Source: Rhodobacterales bacterium (GTDB lineage: Bacteria > Pseudomonadota > Alphaproteobacteria > Rhodobacterales > Rhodobacteraceae). Taken from it: a stretch of 64,000 nt of DNA. Location of the stretch: contig JANOER010000087.1 in the NCBI GenBank assembly GCA_031441285.1, positions 170 to 64,169 on the forward strand, given 5' to 3'. Positions 38,870-50,466 of this stretch are shown here, piece by piece; the first letter of the stretch is position 1, and every line of letters begins with the position of its first letter. Under the pieces are notes generated by a model. It did not search any database, had not been told where the DNA came from, and saw nothing but the letters and a program-made list of their open reading frames with translations. The position numbers and the translations under genes were made by a program.

Positions 38870-39793
38870 TCAGTTCAGCGGCGCGTAGCCGTGGTCCTGT
38901 GCCCAGACATACCAGTTGTCCACGACCGTTCCGGTCAGCAGGATCCCGATCCCTCCGGTCAGTGTGACCAGGATCGCGAACCACCAGGCCCAGCGGTGGA
39001 TGCCCTCCATCGTGGCGTTGAACCCCATGGTCCAGCGCCAGAACAGTGCCGCCCGTTCCGAGGCCGTTCCACGATCGGCAATCTGCTCCAGTTCCCGGTC
39101 ACCGCCGAAGCGGCTGACGGCCAGGATCGTCGCCCCGTGCATGGCGAAAAGGAGTGCCGACCCATAGAGGAACACGATCGAAAGCGCATGGAACGGATTG
39201 TAGAACAGGTTGCCGTAGGACAGCGAGAAGTTGTTGGTCCAGTCAAGGTGGGTGAAGATGCCGTAGGGCACCGCCTCGGACCAGCTGCCCATCAGGACCG
39301 GCCGGATCAGGCCCAGGACCAGGAACAGCCAGATCGCCGAAGCGAAGGCCCAGCAGACGTGCTTGCCCATGCCCAAGGCCTCGGCCCGCAGGTAACTGCG
39401 AACCCACCAGGCCAACACGCTGATCAAGAGGAAGAACGACGCGATCAGCCAATAGCCGCCTTCGGCCAGCGGAGGAATGCGCAAGCCCCATTCCGCCGAG
39501 GGCGGATCAAGCGACAGCCAGAACAGGTCGCGGGCGAAGACCGCCGGGTTGAAGCCGGCCTGGTGCCAGAACCAGCCGCCGACCATGGTGAACCAGACAA
39601 GCCCGGAAAAGAGCGAGATCGTCCCCATCGCGCCAAGGTAGATCGGCCCCAGCTGCGCGTTGCCCAGCCAGCCAGCCAAGGACGAAAAGCCCGCTCCCTT
39701 GGTCCGGTTGGCAAGGTCCACGCCTTCGACCAACCCCATTTCCGGGGCGCCACGCACCTGCACCTGATTGAAGATGTTCTGATACTCAGCCAT
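38870..39793 (-). CDS. pufM: photosynthetic reaction centre subunit M
   Basis: [20 protein letters not shown]. 8-nt overlap with pufL. Confidence 0.97.
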   Translation of the reverse strand: MAEYQNIFNQVQVRGAPEMGLVEGVDLANRTKGAGFSSLAGWLGNAQLGPIYLGAMGTISLFSGLVWFTMVGGWFWHQAGFNPAVFARDLFWLSLDPPSAEWGLRIPPLAEGGYWLIASFFLLISVLAWWVRSYLRAEALGMGKHVCWAFASAIWLFLVLGLIRPVLMGSWSEAVPYGIFTHLDWTNNFSLSYGNLFYNPFHALSIVFLYGSALLFAMHGATILAVSRFGGDRELEQIADRGTASERAALFWRWTMGFNATMEGIHRWAWWFAILVTLTGGIGILLTGTVVDNWYVWAQDHGYAPLN

Positions 39794-40634
39794 TGACGCC
39801 TCCCGGAATGTCGGCCCACCACGGCAGCTGCAGCCACCAGTCCCACCAGACGACCCATTGATCGAACCAGATCGTGCCCGAGATCACAATGCAGATCGCG
39901 CTCCAGATCCCGGCGTTCAGCGCCAGAAGCAGACCCAGACGGTGGATCCCCAGCGTGCCGACCGAATAGCCGATGAAGTCCCGGAAGAAGGTGTCCTCAT
40001 GGTCGGGGGTGCGCATCTCGCGGCCCTTTTCGGGGTTGGCGGCCGACAGGATCAGACCGCCATGCAGGGCCAGCGCCAGGGCATTGGTAAAGAAGAAGCT
40101 GACGGCGATCATGTGCGCCGGATTGTAGTGGAAGTTGCCGTATTGGTAGCCGGTGTTCGACACCCAGTCGAGGTGGGTGAATATCCCGTACGGAAAGGCG
40201 TAGCCCCAGGCCCCCATCAGCACCGGTCGGATCACCACCAGCGTCAGGTAGGCGAAGATGGCCACTCCGAAGGCAAAGGGGACGTGGTAACCCATGCCAA
40301 GTTTATTGCAGATTTCCACCTCGCGCAGGGCCCAGCTGATGAAGGAGCAGGCCGCGCACATCGTGATCAGCTGCCAAAGTCCGCCATCGGCCAAGGGCGC
40401 GAAAGCCAGCCCGTATTCCACGGCCGGCGGGTCTATCGAGATCAGCCAGGGGTTCCACACCCCTTCCATCGCAGTGCCGTAGAAGATCAGGATCGTGCCA
40501 AGGGCGGCGAAGAAGAAGGTCGTGACGCCGAAGAAGCCGACGTAGAACGGCCCGACCCAGAAGTCGAACAGGTTTCCCCCGACCAGCGTGCCGCCCGGCA
40601 CGCGATATTTCCGCTCGAAGCTAAGCAATGCCAT
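39786..40634 (-). CDS. pufL: photosynthetic reaction centre subunit L
   Basis: [36 protein letters not shown]. Confidence 0.97.
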   Translation of the reverse strand: MALLSFERKYRVPGGTLVGGNLFDFWVGPFYVGFFGVTTFFFAALGTILIFYGTAMEGVWNPWLISIDPPAVEYGLAFAPLADGGLWQLITMCAACSFISWALREVEICNKLGMGYHVPFAFGVAIFAYLTLVVIRPVLMGAWGYAFPYGIFTHLDWVSNTGYQYGNFHYNPAHMIAVSFFFTNALALALHGGLILSAANPEKGREMRTPDHEDTFFRDFIGYSVGTLGIHRLGLLLALNAGIWSAICIVISGTIWFDQWVVWWDWWLQLPWWADIPGGVNG

Positions 40635-40710
40635 GCTTCTTTCTCCACTTGCGTGAGGCTAGCTGTCACCGGGCGATGGCGACCTTGCCTGAATTTGACG
40701 GTCAGATGGT

Positions 40711-40741
40711 GGCGGGCGACAGCCAAAGGACAGCCGCCCGC
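40711..40741 (-). other. pufA-pufL intercistronic RNA hairpin
   Basis: GCGGGCGGCUGUCC-UUUG-GCUGUCGCCCGC on the sense (minus) strand. Two of its pairs are G-U, so they exist only in the sense RNA. Confidence 0.55.
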
Positions 40742-40757
40742 AACTGGGGTAGGCCCG

Positions 40758-40940
40758 TTACTCTGTCGCAGCTGCCGGCGCGCGATTGTACTTCGCGTCA
40801 GCAATGGCGAACCAGTTGTAGGTGGGCGTGCTCAGCAGGACGAGATGGATCATCGCTGCCAGCAGAAAGAGGAACACCCCTTGCGCCACGAAGACGCGGC
40901 GGGGATCGAAGATCAGCCAGATTTTATAGAACTTTGACAT
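40758..40940 (-). CDS. pufA: light-harvesting LH1 alpha polypeptide
   Basis: [38 protein letters not shown]. Confidence 0.95.
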   Translation of the reverse strand: MSKFYKIWLIFDPRRVFVAQGVFLFLLAAMIHLVLLSTPTYNWFAIADAKYNRAPAAATE

Positions 40941-40953
40941 GTCTTGTTCCTCC

Positions 40954-41103
40954 TCAGAACCACGGACGCCACAAGAACACCGCGAAGTGGGCGACCACTG
41001 CAACGATTGTGAACAGCGCGAGGCCCTGCATGTAGACAGAGTGCAGCTCTTGCGCCTGCTCGTCAGTAAGACCTGTGAAACTCAGGTCGGATTTATCAGC
41101 CAT
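40954..41103 (-). CDS. pufB: light-harvesting LH1 beta polypeptide
   Basis: [43 protein letters not shown] lies upstream of ATG 41103. Confidence 0.95.
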   Translation of the reverse strand: MADKSDLSFTGLTDEQAQELHSVYMQGLALFTIVAVVAHFAVFLWRPWF

Positions 41104-41339
41104 GTTATCCTCCGAAGGGGTAGACTGACGCCGCATACCCTGCTGCTGGGTTCACGGTTCGGCTGGATGCCTCCCCGAGTTTCTCCGCAGCCCCGCCCGT
41201 CAGACAGAGGGGCCGCGGTGAATGGCATGTCCGGCGGCGCGGGCGCTCGCCCGCCGGAAGATCGAGCCGCCAGGGTTTCCGGCCCCGGCAGTGCTGCCCT
41301 GCCCGCACGGCTGGCGGGAAGGGCGAAGGCGTCCGGGCC

Positions 41340-41564
41340 TTAGGGTCGGAAGATCGCCGGGGTGATGGCCCCGGCCTCGCGCCAGGCGCGGGCCAGCGGC
41401 CCATGCACCGGCAGGTGGCGGTCGCGGACCAGCGCGATGACCCAGGCCAGCGCGGCGAAGGGGATCGCGACCAGAAAGATCAGCGCGAAGTAGATGTAGA
41501 ACTCGGCCTTGGGCGTGCGGTGGCCGTGGTTGACGCCGTGGCTCCCTGCGGTCTGATCGCTCAT
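41340..41564 (-). CDS. pufQ: PufQ
   Basis: 74 aa. [18 protein letters not shown]-terminus as in Rhodobacter PufQ. ATGA overlap with bchZ. Confidence 0.85.
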   Translation of the reverse strand: MSDQTAGSHGVNHGHRTPKAEFYIYFALIFLVAIPFAALAWVIALVRDRHLPVHGPLARAWREAGAITPAIFRP

Positions 41565-43045
41565 TGGACCCCTCCCTTCGTGTTCTGTCCTGCGGCTGCG
41601 CGCTCACCGCGCAGACCGGCAACAAATTCCAGCACGACCCGCTCGGCCCCATGGTCAAGCGCGGCTTTCTCGGCCGCATCGCGCAAGGTGCGCGCGGCGG
41701 AAATACGTGTGAGAACCGGATGTTCGTTGACGATCCGGTCCAGTTCGGCCTGCGCGTCGACGTCCCAGGGGAAGTCCCGGCGCAGCGTTGTGGGGGTAGC
41801 GGCGGCGCTGTCCATGTCCGTGCCAAGCGGCAGGATGTGAAACAGCGCGTCGAACAGCCCGTTGCAGACTTCCTGCAGAAGATAGACCGCGCCGGCATAG
41901 CCCATGAAGGGCGTGCCGGTGGCCCGGCGGATTGCAGCGCCCGGAAAGCCGGCCGGGATGAACACCGGCTGCGGACCGTGACCGGCCTTAAGCTCGGCCA
42001 TGTACATCTTCTCGTTGATCGAGCCCATGACGATCAGCGGGCGGTGCTGTTTCAGCGACGCGCGCACGCCTTCGTTGTTGGTCTTCTGCCCGGCCAGCCG
42101 CGGCACGGCAAAGGCGCAAGGCAGGCCCAGATCGCCTTCCAGATAGTTGCGGATGCCGCGGGTGTAGGTCTCGTTCGAGACGATGGCGAAGCTGGCCGTC
42201 GCGAAGAAATCCTGCGTCACCGACCGCCACAGATCCCACAGGGGCTTCAGCGTCGAGTGCTTTTCGCGCTCGATGAAGGGTTCGGGATCGAGCCCCAGCA
42301 TCTCGCCCAGGGTGCGCAGGAACAGGGTGGTGCTTTCCAGCCCGATGGGTGCCTGAAGGTAGGGCTTGCCCAGACATTCTGCCAGACCGCGACCAAACTC
42401 GCGGTACATCACCACGTTGGCGTCGGCGTTCACCAGGTTCCGCATCTCGGCCAGATGCGCGCCAAGCGGCATAACCATGTTGATGTCGGCGCCGATGCCT
42501 TCGACCAGGCGGCGGATCTCGTGCAGATCGCTTGGCATGTTGAAGGTGCCATACATCGGCCCCAGGATATTGACGCGCGGCCTTGACCCTTCGGGACGCG
42601 CAGTTTCGGGCGGCATCCGGCCCTTGGTCATCCCGAATTCGGTGAAGATCCAGGTCATCGCCCGGTCGGCGCATTGCCACTGGTCCTCGTCAATCGTGCG
42701 CGGCAGGAAGCGCTGGATGTTGGTGCCTTGCGGCGTCACTCCACCGCCGATCATCTCGGCAATCGACCCAGTCACCACAACCGCCGGCAGCGCGGGGTCC
42801 AGCGTTTTCCAGGCCCGCGCCATCGACGCTTCGGTGCCCGAGGTCATCTCGTCTTCGCCAAGGCCCGTCACCACGATCGGCAGCTCATGCGGCGGCAGCG
42901 CGTCGGTGTAATGCAGAACGCTTGTCACAGGCAGGTTCTCGCAGCCGACCGGGCCGTCGATCACGACCTGCAGGCCCTTGACCGCACAGAAAGCATAGAT
43001 CGCCCCCCAGTAGCCGCCCGCCCGGTCATGATCCTGCACCAGCAT
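41561..43045 (-). CDS. bchZ: chlorophyllide a reductase subunit Z
   Basis: NifK-like protein. Position bchXYZ-pufQ. Confidence 0.95.
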   Translation of the reverse strand: MLVQDHDRAGGYWGAIYAFCAVKGLQVVIDGPVGCENLPVTSVLHYTDALPPHELPIVVTGLGEDEMTSGTEASMARAWKTLDPALPAVVVTGSIAEMIGGGVTPQGTNIQRFLPRTIDEDQWQCADRAMTWIFTEFGMTKGRMPPETARPEGSRPRVNILGPMYGTFNMPSDLHEIRRLVEGIGADINMVMPLGAHLAEMRNLVNADANVVMYREFGRGLAECLGKPYLQAPIGLESTTLFLRTLGEMLGLDPEPFIEREKHSTLKPLWDLWRSVTQDFFATASFAIVSNETYTRGIRNYLEGDLGLPCAFAVPRLAGQKTNNEGVRASLKQHRPLIVMGSINEKMYMAELKAGHGPQPVFIPAGFPGAAIRRATGTPFMGYAGAVYLLQEVCNGLFDALFHILPLGTDMDSAAATPTTLRRDFPWDVDAQAELDRIVNEHPVLTRISAARTLRDAAEKAALDHGAERVVLEFVAGLRGERAAAGQNTKGGVQ

Positions 43046-44613
43046 CAGATCATCTCCTCGGCCTTGGCAGCCTTGGCGGCCTTGTCGAGCTTCTTCTGAT
43101 GGATCGCCCGGAAATCCGGCCGAAGGTTCGGAGCGCCCTCCCAGATGCCGGAAGTATCGCCTTCGCCAACCCCGGCAAAAAAGGCCTTCATCCCCGCCAT
43201 GCGGTCCTTGTTGGCCATCGCGGCGGTCACGACCTGCGCCAGAGATCCGGCGCCGGCAGGCCCCATCAAGGGGCGGGCCGAGATGAGGTTCGTGAAGTAA
43301 AGCGATGGAATACCTTGCGCTTTTGCCTTCTGAACAACCGGGGTCGTGCCGATGGCCAGGTCAGGCTTGAAGCCTTCCATCGCGGCCAGATCATCTTCAA
43401 GGCTTGCGCGGAACTTCACCGCCACGCCCTTCGACGCCAGCCAGTCACGGTCGGCCGCACTCCATTCATTGCGGGCGCAGGCGGTGCCGACATAGGGCAC
43501 GTCCGCGCCGCTTTCGATCAGCAGGCGTGCGACCAGAAGCTCGCTTCCCTCATAGCCGCTGAGGGTGATCCGCCCCTTGATCGGGTTCGCAGCCAAGGCA
43601 GCCTTGATCGCCGGGCCGAAAGCGTTCTGCGCGGCGTTCACCTTGTTCCAGGCGATCCCGAAGGCATTTCCGATCGATTCAAGCCAGGCCATCGTGCCGT
43701 CCAGCCCGACCGGAGCGCTGCCGACGACCGGCCGCCCGGCCGCCTGAAACTCGCGAATCGCAGCGGTGTAGAAAGGATGGATCGCCGCAACGACCCCGCA
43801 ATCGAGGGCGGCATAAAGCTCACGCCACTCACGGCAGGGCACGACCGGACCGGCGGCCAGGCCCATCGGGGCCAGCATCGCGCCGATCATCATCGGGTCG
43901 GCAGGGAACATCTCGCCCAAAAGGGCAACGGTCGGGCGGTCAGAGCGTCCACGTTCGGGTGCCCGCACGGGGCCGGCCTCAACCTCGGCGCGGGCGTATT
44001 TCAGCATCGCACCGGCCAGCACGTCCTTGGCCTCGGCGTGGGTCGGCACGCCGAACCCCGGCACGTCGATGCCGACAATGCGAACACCGTTGATCTCGCT
44101 GGGCAGCAACTTCAACGGAACCCCGGAAGCCGTTGGAACACAAAGGTTTGTCACCACCACCGCATCATAGCGGTCGGGGTCGGCCAATTCGTGCACCGCG
44201 TCGCGGATGTCTTCAAAGAGCTTGCCGGTGACCAGCGATTCCGAGTTGAACGGCACATAGCCCACCGACCGCCGCGCGCCGTAGAAATGGCTGACGAAGG
44301 TCAGGCCATAGACGCAGCAGGCGCTGCCCGAAAGCACCGTCGCCACCCGCCGCATCCGCAGGCCAACGCGAAGCGACCCAAAGGCCGGGCACATGGATTG
44401 CGGCTTGTCATGCGGGCCTTGCGGGTAATCCCTCGCGAATCCGTCAAGAAGTTCCGAATTCCCCGCCGCCCGCGCCGCCGCGTCCATCTGGCCGGCACCG
44501 GCATGGCAGCCCATGCCGTCCGCCAGGCCCGGACCCCCGGCCCCGACGGCAAGGCTTTCGCCCCCCGTCACCGGGGCAGGATCGACCGGAGCGTGACGAA
44601 GGCCTTCCGTCAT
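43045..44613 (-). CDS. bchY: chlorophyllide a reductase subunit Y
   Basis: NifD-like protein. TGATG junction with bchZ. Confidence 0.95.
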   Translation of the reverse strand: MTEGLRHAPVDPAPVTGGESLAVGAGGPGLADGMGCHAGAGQMDAAARAAGNSELLDGFARDYPQGPHDKPQSMCPAFGSLRVGLRMRRVATVLSGSACCVYGLTFVSHFYGARRSVGYVPFNSESLVTGKLFEDIRDAVHELADPDRYDAVVVTNLCVPTASGVPLKLLPSEINGVRIVGIDVPGFGVPTHAEAKDVLAGAMLKYARAEVEAGPVRAPERGRSDRPTVALLGEMFPADPMMIGAMLAPMGLAAGPVVPCREWRELYAALDCGVVAAIHPFYTAAIREFQAAGRPVVGSAPVGLDGTMAWLESIGNAFGIAWNKVNAAQNAFGPAIKAALAANPIKGRITLSGYEGSELLVARLLIESGADVPYVGTACARNEWSAADRDWLASKGVAVKFRASLEDDLAAMEGFKPDLAIGTTPVVQKAKAQGIPSLYFTNLISARPLMGPAGAGSLAQVVTAAMANKDRMAGMKAFFAGVGEGDTSGIWEGAPNLRPDFRAIHQKKLDKAAKAAKAEEMI

Positions 44614-44676
44614 TTGCCGGCTTTCCGGGCTTCAAGCGCCCTCAGGGCCGCTTCCATCCGGGCAAGAGCTTCGAGA

Positions 44677-45678
44677 TCACACATTGTCATACACCACTTC
44701 CAGCGAGGGTTTGATGACGGCATTCTTGCCGCGCATGTCGGCGTCGGTCGCCGGGCTCAGCACGAAATCCGCTCCTGTCGCCTCGGCGCTGAACAGGCCC
44801 AGAAGTCCGTCCTGCGTCAGCGGCTTCGGCTTCACCGGCGGCGCTTCGGCCACGGCAATTCCAAGCTGTTCGAACATCGGGCCCCACTGGCTTTCATACG
44901 AGCCAACGATCTGATAATTCGCCGATTTCTTGCGCAGATCATCATCCTGCGGGATCGCGGCCAGCACCGGGATCCCCACGGCATCCGCGAAGGCGGCCGC
45001 TTCGCCGGTGCCGTCATCCTTGTTGATCACAAGGCCCGCGATGCCGACATTGCCACCCAGCTTGCGGAAGTATTCCACTGCGGAACACACATTGTTGGCC
45101 ACATACAGCGACTGCAGGTCGTTCGAGGCGACAAGGATCACCTTCTGCGCCATGTCGCGGGCAATCGGCAGGCCGAACCCGCCGCAGACCACATCGCCCA
45201 GGAAGTCCAGCAGCACATAGTCGAAGTCCCAGTCGTGGAACCCCAGTTTCTCCAGCAGCTCGAAGCCGTGGATGATCCCGCGCCCACCGCAGCCGCGCCC
45301 GACTTCCGGGCCGCCCAGTTCCATCGCGAAAACACCGCCGCGCTTGAAGCAGACATCGCCGATTTTCACCTCCTCGCCCGCCAGTTTCTTGCGGGTCGAG
45401 GTTTCGATGATTGTCGGGCAGGCCTTGCCGCCGAACAGCAGCGACGTGGTGTCCGACTTCGGATCGCAGCCGATGAGGAGCACGCGCTTGCCCATCTCGG
45501 CCATCATGTGGCTGAGGTTGGCCAGCGTGAACGACTTGCCGATCCCGCCCTTGCCGTAGATCGCGATGATCTGGGTCTTTTTCGACGGCGGATCCTGCGG
45601 GATTTCCAGCGTCGGCTCTTCATGGGCCTCGTCGCGCAGACGGGCGTCGAAGTCCTTGAGGTTCGGAACGTCTTTCAT
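44677..45678 (-). CDS. bchX: chlorophyllide a reductase iron protein subunit X
   Basis: NifH-like [12 protein letters not shown] and CGGFG. ATG 45678 chosen inside ORF 44677..45849. Confidence 0.95.
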   Translation of the reverse strand: MKDVPNLKDFDARLRDEAHEEPTLEIPQDPPSKKTQIIAIYGKGGIGKSFTLANLSHMMAEMGKRVLLIGCDPKSDTTSLLFGGKACPTIIETSTRKKLAGEEVKIGDVCFKRGGVFAMELGGPEVGRGCGGRGIIHGFELLEKLGFHDWDFDYVLLDFLGDVVCGGFGLPIARDMAQKVILVASNDLQSLYVANNVCSAVEYFRKLGGNVGIAGLVINKDDGTGEAAAFADAVGIPVLAAIPQDDDLRKKSANYQIVGSYESQWGPMFEQLGIAVAEAPPVKPKPLTQDGLLGLFSAEATGADFVLSPATDADMRGKNAVIKPSLEVVYDNV

Positions 45679-46619
45679 GCCTGACCTTTCCAGTCGAGGA
45701 TCATCTTCAGACAGCCCGCATCGGTGAACGCGGTCTCGTAGGCCGATTTCGCATCCGATGCGGGGCGGGTGTGGGTGATGAGGCCCGCCAGCGACAGCGC
45801 GCCACTTTCGATCAGCGCGCGGGTGGCGGTCAGGTCTTCGGGCGCCCATTCGGCGGCGATGCGGATACGCGCTTCCTTCATGAAGGCGGGCGGGAAGGCA
45901 AAAGCCACGGGCTGGGTGTAAAAGCCGGCCAGCACCACCTCGCCGCCCTTTTGCAGCCGCATCACCAGCTGGTCGAGAAGGCCCGGCGCCCCGCTGGCGT
46001 CATAGATCGCGCGGTAGTCGCGGCGCGGATCGTCCTCGGGCGCGATCACGCTGTATCCGGTCGCCCCCGTCTGGCGCGCAGGATCGATTTCCCAGACCGT
46101 CGGCGCGGGCGCCCCGGCAGCCAGCGTCAGCCGAGCCAGCAGGCGGCCAAGCGTGCCATGGCCGACGATCAGGTCAGGCAATGCAGAGTTGAACCCGGCC
46201 AGCGCGTGACGCGCCGTGGCCGCAAGCGCCAGAAGGGCTGCCTCCGGACCCATGCCGGCATCAACCCGCGCCACGCGCCCGGCCTTTGTCACCAGATGCC
46301 GCGAGGCCCCGCCGAAAAGGCCCTTCACATTGCCGGAAAAGCAGTTCGCCCCCGGCACGAAAACCGTCTCTCCGACCCGGAAACGGGTATTCTCGCCCGC
46401 TTCCACCACCTCGCCCGCGGCTTCGTAGCCTGGGACCAGCGGATAGCCCATGCCGGGAAAGGGGGGCATCGTCCCGGACCAGAACAGCTTTTCGGTGCCG
46501 GTCGAAATGCCGGAATGCCGGACCTCGACAACCAGATCCTCGGGGCCGGGTGCAACCAGACCAAGGCTTTCCAGCCCCAGGTCTTTCGCGCCTTGCAGGA
46601 TCACCGCTGTCGTCCGCAC
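45675..46619 (-). CDS. bchC: bacteriochlorophyllide a dehydrogenase
   Basis: [10 protein letters not shown].. zinc-ADH-like protein. GTG start with GGGGGA upstream. ATGA overlap with bchX. Confidence 0.93.
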   Translation of the reverse strand: MRTTAVILQGAKDLGLESLGLVAPGPEDLVVEVRHSGISTGTEKLFWSGTMPPFPGMGYPLVPGYEAAGEVVEAGENTRFRVGETVFVPGANCFSGNVKGLFGGASRHLVTKAGRVARVDAGMGPEAALLALAATARHALAGFNSALPDLIVGHGTLGRLLARLTLAAGAPAPTVWEIDPARQTGATGYSVIAPEDDPRRDYRAIYDASGAPGLLDQLVMRLQKGGEVVLAGFYTQPVAFAFPPAFMKEARIRIAAEWAPEDLTATRALIESGALSLAGLITHTRPASDAKSAYETAFTDAGCLKMILDWKGQA

Positions 46620-46675
46620 GTCCGCATCCCCCGCTTTTTCATGACCGCGCCCCAGACGCGGACAGAGTCCCTAGG

Positions 46676-46719
46676 TGTAAGTTTAACCTTACATTCTCGA
46701 CTGTCAATTTAATTGGACA
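46676..46719 (-). promoter_or_regulatory. bchC promoter with two PpsR/CrtJ boxes
   Basis: TGTAAGTTTAACCTTACA (46676-46693) and TGTCAATTTAATTGGACA (46702-46719), 8 bp apart. On the minus strand the upstream box ends in TTGACA (-35) and the downstream box covers TAAACT (-10). Confidence 0.75.
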
Positions 46720-46734
46720 GTTTCGGCGTGATTT

Positions 46735-47847
46735 CTACGCCGGCACCCGGGCTTCCAGAACCGAGGTCACGAACGGGCGCAAGCTTCTGGCCTTGCCGGA
46801 TGGTTCGAACCCCTGAGCCTTCAGCAAGGACCGGATTTCTGCGGCGGACCGGGTGCGCCCGGTGCCCATCGCCAGCGTATAGACCGCGAAGTAGACATCC
46901 GTCGCCGGGTCGGGCCGCGCGCCGCCTGACATCGGCTCGGACAGGATCAGCCGGCCGCCCGGAGGCAGGGCCTGCCTGACCTTGGCCAAAAGCGCCGCGA
47001 CAGTGGCATCGCCGTGGTCGTAAAGGACGCGCACGAGGCTGATCGCGTCGGCGCCCTGCGGCAGGGAATCATCGCGGAAACTGCCTGCAACGATGTGGAT
47101 ACCCGGACCGGGCCGCGCCCCGGCCACCACGGCGGGCAGATCGAACAGCGTGCGCTTCAGCCCAGGATGGGCCTGACCGACCGCCGCAAGGAACGCACCC
47201 GTCCCGCCGCCCACGTCCATCAGGTGGGAAACGCCGCGAAAGCTGACCAGTCGCAGCGTGTCTTCCGCGACAAGCGACTGGCTGTCAGCCATCAGCCGCG
47301 AATAGCGCGCGGCAAGGTCCGGGTCCGCCGCTCCGCCCACGCCGAACACATAGGGCCAGAATCCAGCGAGTTCCGGCTGCGTCTCACCCCGGAAAAAGGC
47401 CGTCGGATCTGAAAGGTCACGGTAGAGAACCGGGTGATGCCGCACCATCGCCTCAAGCCCCGGCACGGTCAGGAATGCCGCGCCGCGTGGGGTCAGCCGC
47501 CAGGTTTCGCCCTTGCCGCGCATCAGACCAAGCGCCGCGCCGGCTTGCAACAGCACCCCCATCCGGTCAGCCGGAACCCCGGAAAGCTGCGCCAGTCGTG
47601 CCGTTGTCTCGGGGGTTGCGCTCAACCGGTGCAGGACGCGAAGCTCGACCAGCGCCAGCAGGGCCTGACTGCGCACGAAGCCGGAGACGACTTCGAACAG
47701 CGCATCACCTTCGGCCCGCGCAATCGCGCGCAGACCCGGAACCCGCGCGCAAAGCCGGTGAAACCAGGGTTGCAGCGCCAGTCTTGCGGCCCAGCCCGGC
47801 CCCGCGCGACTGCGCGGCTGGCCCGAGCCAAGCCCGGTCTCGCTCAT
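46735..47847 (-). CDS. crtF: demethylspheroidene O-methyltransferase
   Basis: SAM motif [11 protein letters not shown]. Position crtE-crtF-bchC. Confidence 0.9.
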   Translation of the reverse strand: MSETGLGSGQPRSRAGPGWAARLALQPWFHRLCARVPGLRAIARAEGDALFEVVSGFVRSQALLALVELRVLHRLSATPETTARLAQLSGVPADRMGVLLQAGAALGLMRGKGETWRLTPRGAAFLTVPGLEAMVRHHPVLYRDLSDPTAFFRGETQPELAGFWPYVFGVGGAADPDLAARYSRLMADSQSLVAEDTLRLVSFRGVSHLMDVGGGTGAFLAAVGQAHPGLKRTLFDLPAVVAGARPGPGIHIVAGSFRDDSLPQGADAISLVRVLYDHGDATVAALLAKVRQALPPGGRLILSEPMSGGARPDPATDVYFAVYTLAMGTGRTRSAAEIRSLLKAQGFEPSGKARSLRPFVTSVLEARVPA

Positions 47848-48749
47848 TTTGCCCCCGCGACCCGTGACGTCGCTTGCGCGCTCAGATCGACCGGGGTCAT
47901 CCGCTCGGCATAGGCGCGCACCATGCCGGCAAGCTGCGCTTCGCCGGGACAGGACGGGATCGAGGCGATCGCCCCGCCAAGAATGTCCTTCAGATGCCGC
48001 ACCGCACCCGCGACACCCAGCAGGGCCACGGCATTCGGGCGGCCATGCGCTGCGTCCTGACCGGCGGGTTTGCCGGTTTCCTCGGCCGTCAGCAGCGCGT
48101 CCTTAAGATCGTCGGCGACCTGAAACGCTTCGCCGATCCGGGCGCCAAGCTCTTCCCATTGCTCGGGCTCTTGCCCCGCCGCAAGTGCCCCCATCTGGGT
48201 CGCGGCCACGAAAAGGGCGCCGGTCTTGGCGCGGTGATAGGCCCCAAGATTGACAACCGGTTCGGATTCCCAGCCCTGCCCCGCGCAGATACCGCCGGGC
48301 ATCCCGGTCCGCTGCGCCAGCGTCTGCACCAGACGCAGCGCGCGCAGCGGCTGGTCCCCGGCTGCCCGGGCCAGAACCTCGAAGGCCAGCACGATCAGGC
48401 TGTCGCCGGCAAGGATGGCCAGCGGCTCGCCATAAGCACGATGGACCGAAGGCTTGCCGCGACGGGTGTCGGCATTGTCGAAGGCCGGCAGATCGTCATG
48501 CACGAGGCTCGCGCAATGGATCAGCTCCAGCGCCGCGGCGGATGCGTCCGACAGGGCCGGGCGGTCGTCGCCACAGGCTAGTGCGACCGACAACAGGATC
48601 GTTGGCCGGATCCGCGCGCCGCCTGACATCGTGGAGTGGTCCAGCGCCGCCGCAAGCCGGCCCGGCACCGCGCCGGCCCCGCCGGGCGACAACTGGCCCA
48701 GCCGCACGGCTTGGGTGACGGCGGCTTCGATTCGGGCGGAAAGGGTCAT
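47844..48749 (-). CDS. crtE: geranylgeranyl diphosphate synthase
   Basis: LVHDDLP and FQVADDLKD motifs. ATG 48749 chosen. ATGA overlap with crtF. Confidence 0.9.
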   Translation of the reverse strand: MTLSARIEAAVTQAVRLGQLSPGGAGAVPGRLAAALDHSTMSGGARIRPTILLSVALACGDDRPALSDASAAALELIHCASLVHDDLPAFDNADTRRGKPSVHRAYGEPLAILAGDSLIVLAFEVLARAAGDQPLRALRLVQTLAQRTGMPGGICAGQGWESEPVVNLGAYHRAKTGALFVAATQMGALAAGQEPEQWEELGARIGEAFQVADDLKDALLTAEETGKPAGQDAAHGRPNAVALLGVAGAVRHLKDILGGAIASIPSCPGEAQLAGMVRAYAERMTPVDLSAQATSRVAGAK

Positions 48750-48818
48750 TGAACACCTGCAATGCAGCCCGGCGCCGGCAGCGGCACCTTTGGGAAGATT
48801 GGCACCGGGGGGGGCTGA

Positions 48819-48836
48819 TGTAAACTGAAACTTACA
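48819..48836. promoter_or_regulatory. PpsR/CrtJ box in the crtE/crtD divergent promoter region
   Basis: TGTAAACTGAAACTTACA. Confidence 0.65.
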
Positions 48837-48888
48837 CATTGCCGCTCGTTTTGATTTACATCGCGCGGTGGCGGGTTAGACTGACCAC

Positions 48889-50466
48889 ATGGACGAAGCA
48901 GACCAGAGGATACCTGGAAAGGTCGTGGTGATCGGCGCCGGGATGGGCGGGTTGGCCACGGCGATCCGCCTTGCCGCCGGGGGCTGCGCGGTCACTCTCG
49001 TTGACGCACTGGCCCAGCCCGGCGGCAAGATGCGCACCCTGCCTTCCGACGCGGGGCCAGTCGACGCAGGGCCAACCGTCCTGACCAGACGCGCGGTCTT
49101 TGATGACCTGTTCGCCCTGGCCGGCGCGCGGATGGAGGATCACCTGACCCTCTTGCAGCAGCCGATCCTTGCCCGGCACTGGTGGCCGGACGGCAGCCAG
49201 CTGGACCTGACCGGTGATGCCGCCACCGATGCCAGCGCCATCGCGGCATTTGCCGGAACGACCGAGGCCGGTGCCTTCCTGCGCTTTGACCGCCTGGCCT
49301 CGGACCTGCATGCGGCCTTCGATGTCCCGGTGATGCAGGCCTCGAAACCCGCTATCGCCGCGATTATGAAGGCCGCGCTCGCGCGCCCGTCGCTTTGGCC
49401 CGCGCTCTTGCCGGGAGTGTCGCTTGCGGGGCTTGTGGCGCGCCGGTTCCGCGATCCGCGGCTGCGCCAGCTTTTCGCCCGCTATGCCACCTATGTCGGC
49501 GGCAGGCCCGGTCATGCGCCCGGTGTCCTTGCCGTGATCTGGCGGGCCGAGGCTGCGGGCGTCTGGGCGGTCGACGGCGGGATGCACCGGCTGGCGCTTG
49601 CCTTGGCCGACCTTGCGCGGCGGCTGGGCGTGGACCTGCGGCTTGCAACCCCGGCGCGCCGGATCGTTCGCCAGGGCGGCCGCGTGACCGGGGTCCAGCT
49701 GGGTGATGGCACCACCCTGCCCTGCGCGGCCTGCGTCTTTGCCGGTGATCCCGCGGCGCTGGTCGCCGGCCACCTGGGAGACGGTCTTGCGACCGCCCTT
49801 CCGCCCGCAGCCACCCGGCCGCGCAGCCTGTCGGCCTGGGTCTGGTCCTTCGCGGCCCGCCCGGAAGGTCCGCTTGCCAAGGACCTGATTCATCACAACG
49901 TGTTCTTCCCGGCCGACACCGCACAGGAGTTCGGCCCCCTCGGCCGGGGCTGCATGCCCGAAACCCCGACGCTGTACATCTGTGCCGAGGACCGTGCGGC
50001 GGGCACGGCCCCCGATGGGCTTGAACGGTTCGAGATCATCGTCAACGCCCCCGCAGACCGCCCCGACCAGCCAGAGGATCCTGCCCGATGCCGCGACCGC
50101 ACCTTCCTGACGCTTCGCAAACAGGGGCTGTGGTTCAGCCCGGAACCGGGTCTGGCGGCGCTGACCACGCCGGCAATGCTGGACCGGCTTTTTCCGGGGT
50201 CGGGCGGAGCGATCTACGGGCGCAGCCCCGAGGGGACCTTCGCGGCGTTCCAGCGACCGGGGGCGCGGACGGGGGTGGCGGGCCTCTATCTCGCGGGTGG
50301 GGGGGCGCATCCGGGGGCTGGGCTGCCGATGGCGGCGCTCTCCGGCAAGCACGCGGCGGCGGCGGTTCTGGCGGACCTGACTTCTCGGTCGCTGTCGGAG
50401 CGGACGGCTATGCTTGGTGGTATCTTGACGCGGTCTCGGATGACGGGACGCGCGCCGTCTCGGTGA
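48889..50466 (+). CDS. crtD: hydroxyneurosporene/methoxyneurosporene desaturase
   Basis: VVVIGAGMGGLATA FAD fold. CrtI-family protein. YLAGGGAHPGAGLPMA near the C-terminus. Confidence 0.9.
   Translation: MDEADQRIPGKVVVIGAGMGGLATAIRLAAGGCAVTLVDALAQPGGKMRTLPSDAGPVDAGPTVLTRRAVFDDLFALAGARMEDHLTLLQQPILARHWWPDGSQLDLTGDAATDASAIAAFAGTTEAGAFLRFDRLASDLHAAFDVPVMQASKPAIAAIMKAALARPSLWPALLPGVSLAGLVARRFRDPRLRQLFARYATYVGGRPGHAPGVLAVIWRAEAAGVWAVDGGMHRLALALADLARRLGVDLRLATPARRIVRQGGRVTGVQLGDGTTLPCAACVFAGDPAALVAGHLGDGLATALPPAATRPRSLSAWVWSFAARPEGPLAKDLIHHNVFFPADTAQEFGPLGRGCMPETPTLYICAEDRAAGTAPDGLERFEIIVNAPADRPDQPEDPARCRDRTFLTLRKQGLWFSPEPGLAALTTPAMLDRLFPGSGGAIYGRSPEGTFAAFQRPGARTGVAGLYLAGGGAHPGAGLPMAALSGKHAAAAVLADLTSRSLSERTAMLGGILTRSRMTGRAPSR

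Noticed and set aside
41104-41339. pufK-like leader ORF between pufQ and pufB.
   Set aside because: - Several short frames exist. One is [19 protein letters not shown] ending in the pufB RBS. Another is an ATG frame of 51 codons.
- I cannot recall the pufK sequence well enough to match any of them.
- The in-frame upstream ATG 41136 for pufB is also rejected, because MADKSD with GGAGGA matches LH1 beta.
48843-48860. Second PpsR box at crtE/crtD.
   Set aside because: It reads CGC-N12-ACA, so only one half-site matches. It is kept as a note, not as a feature.
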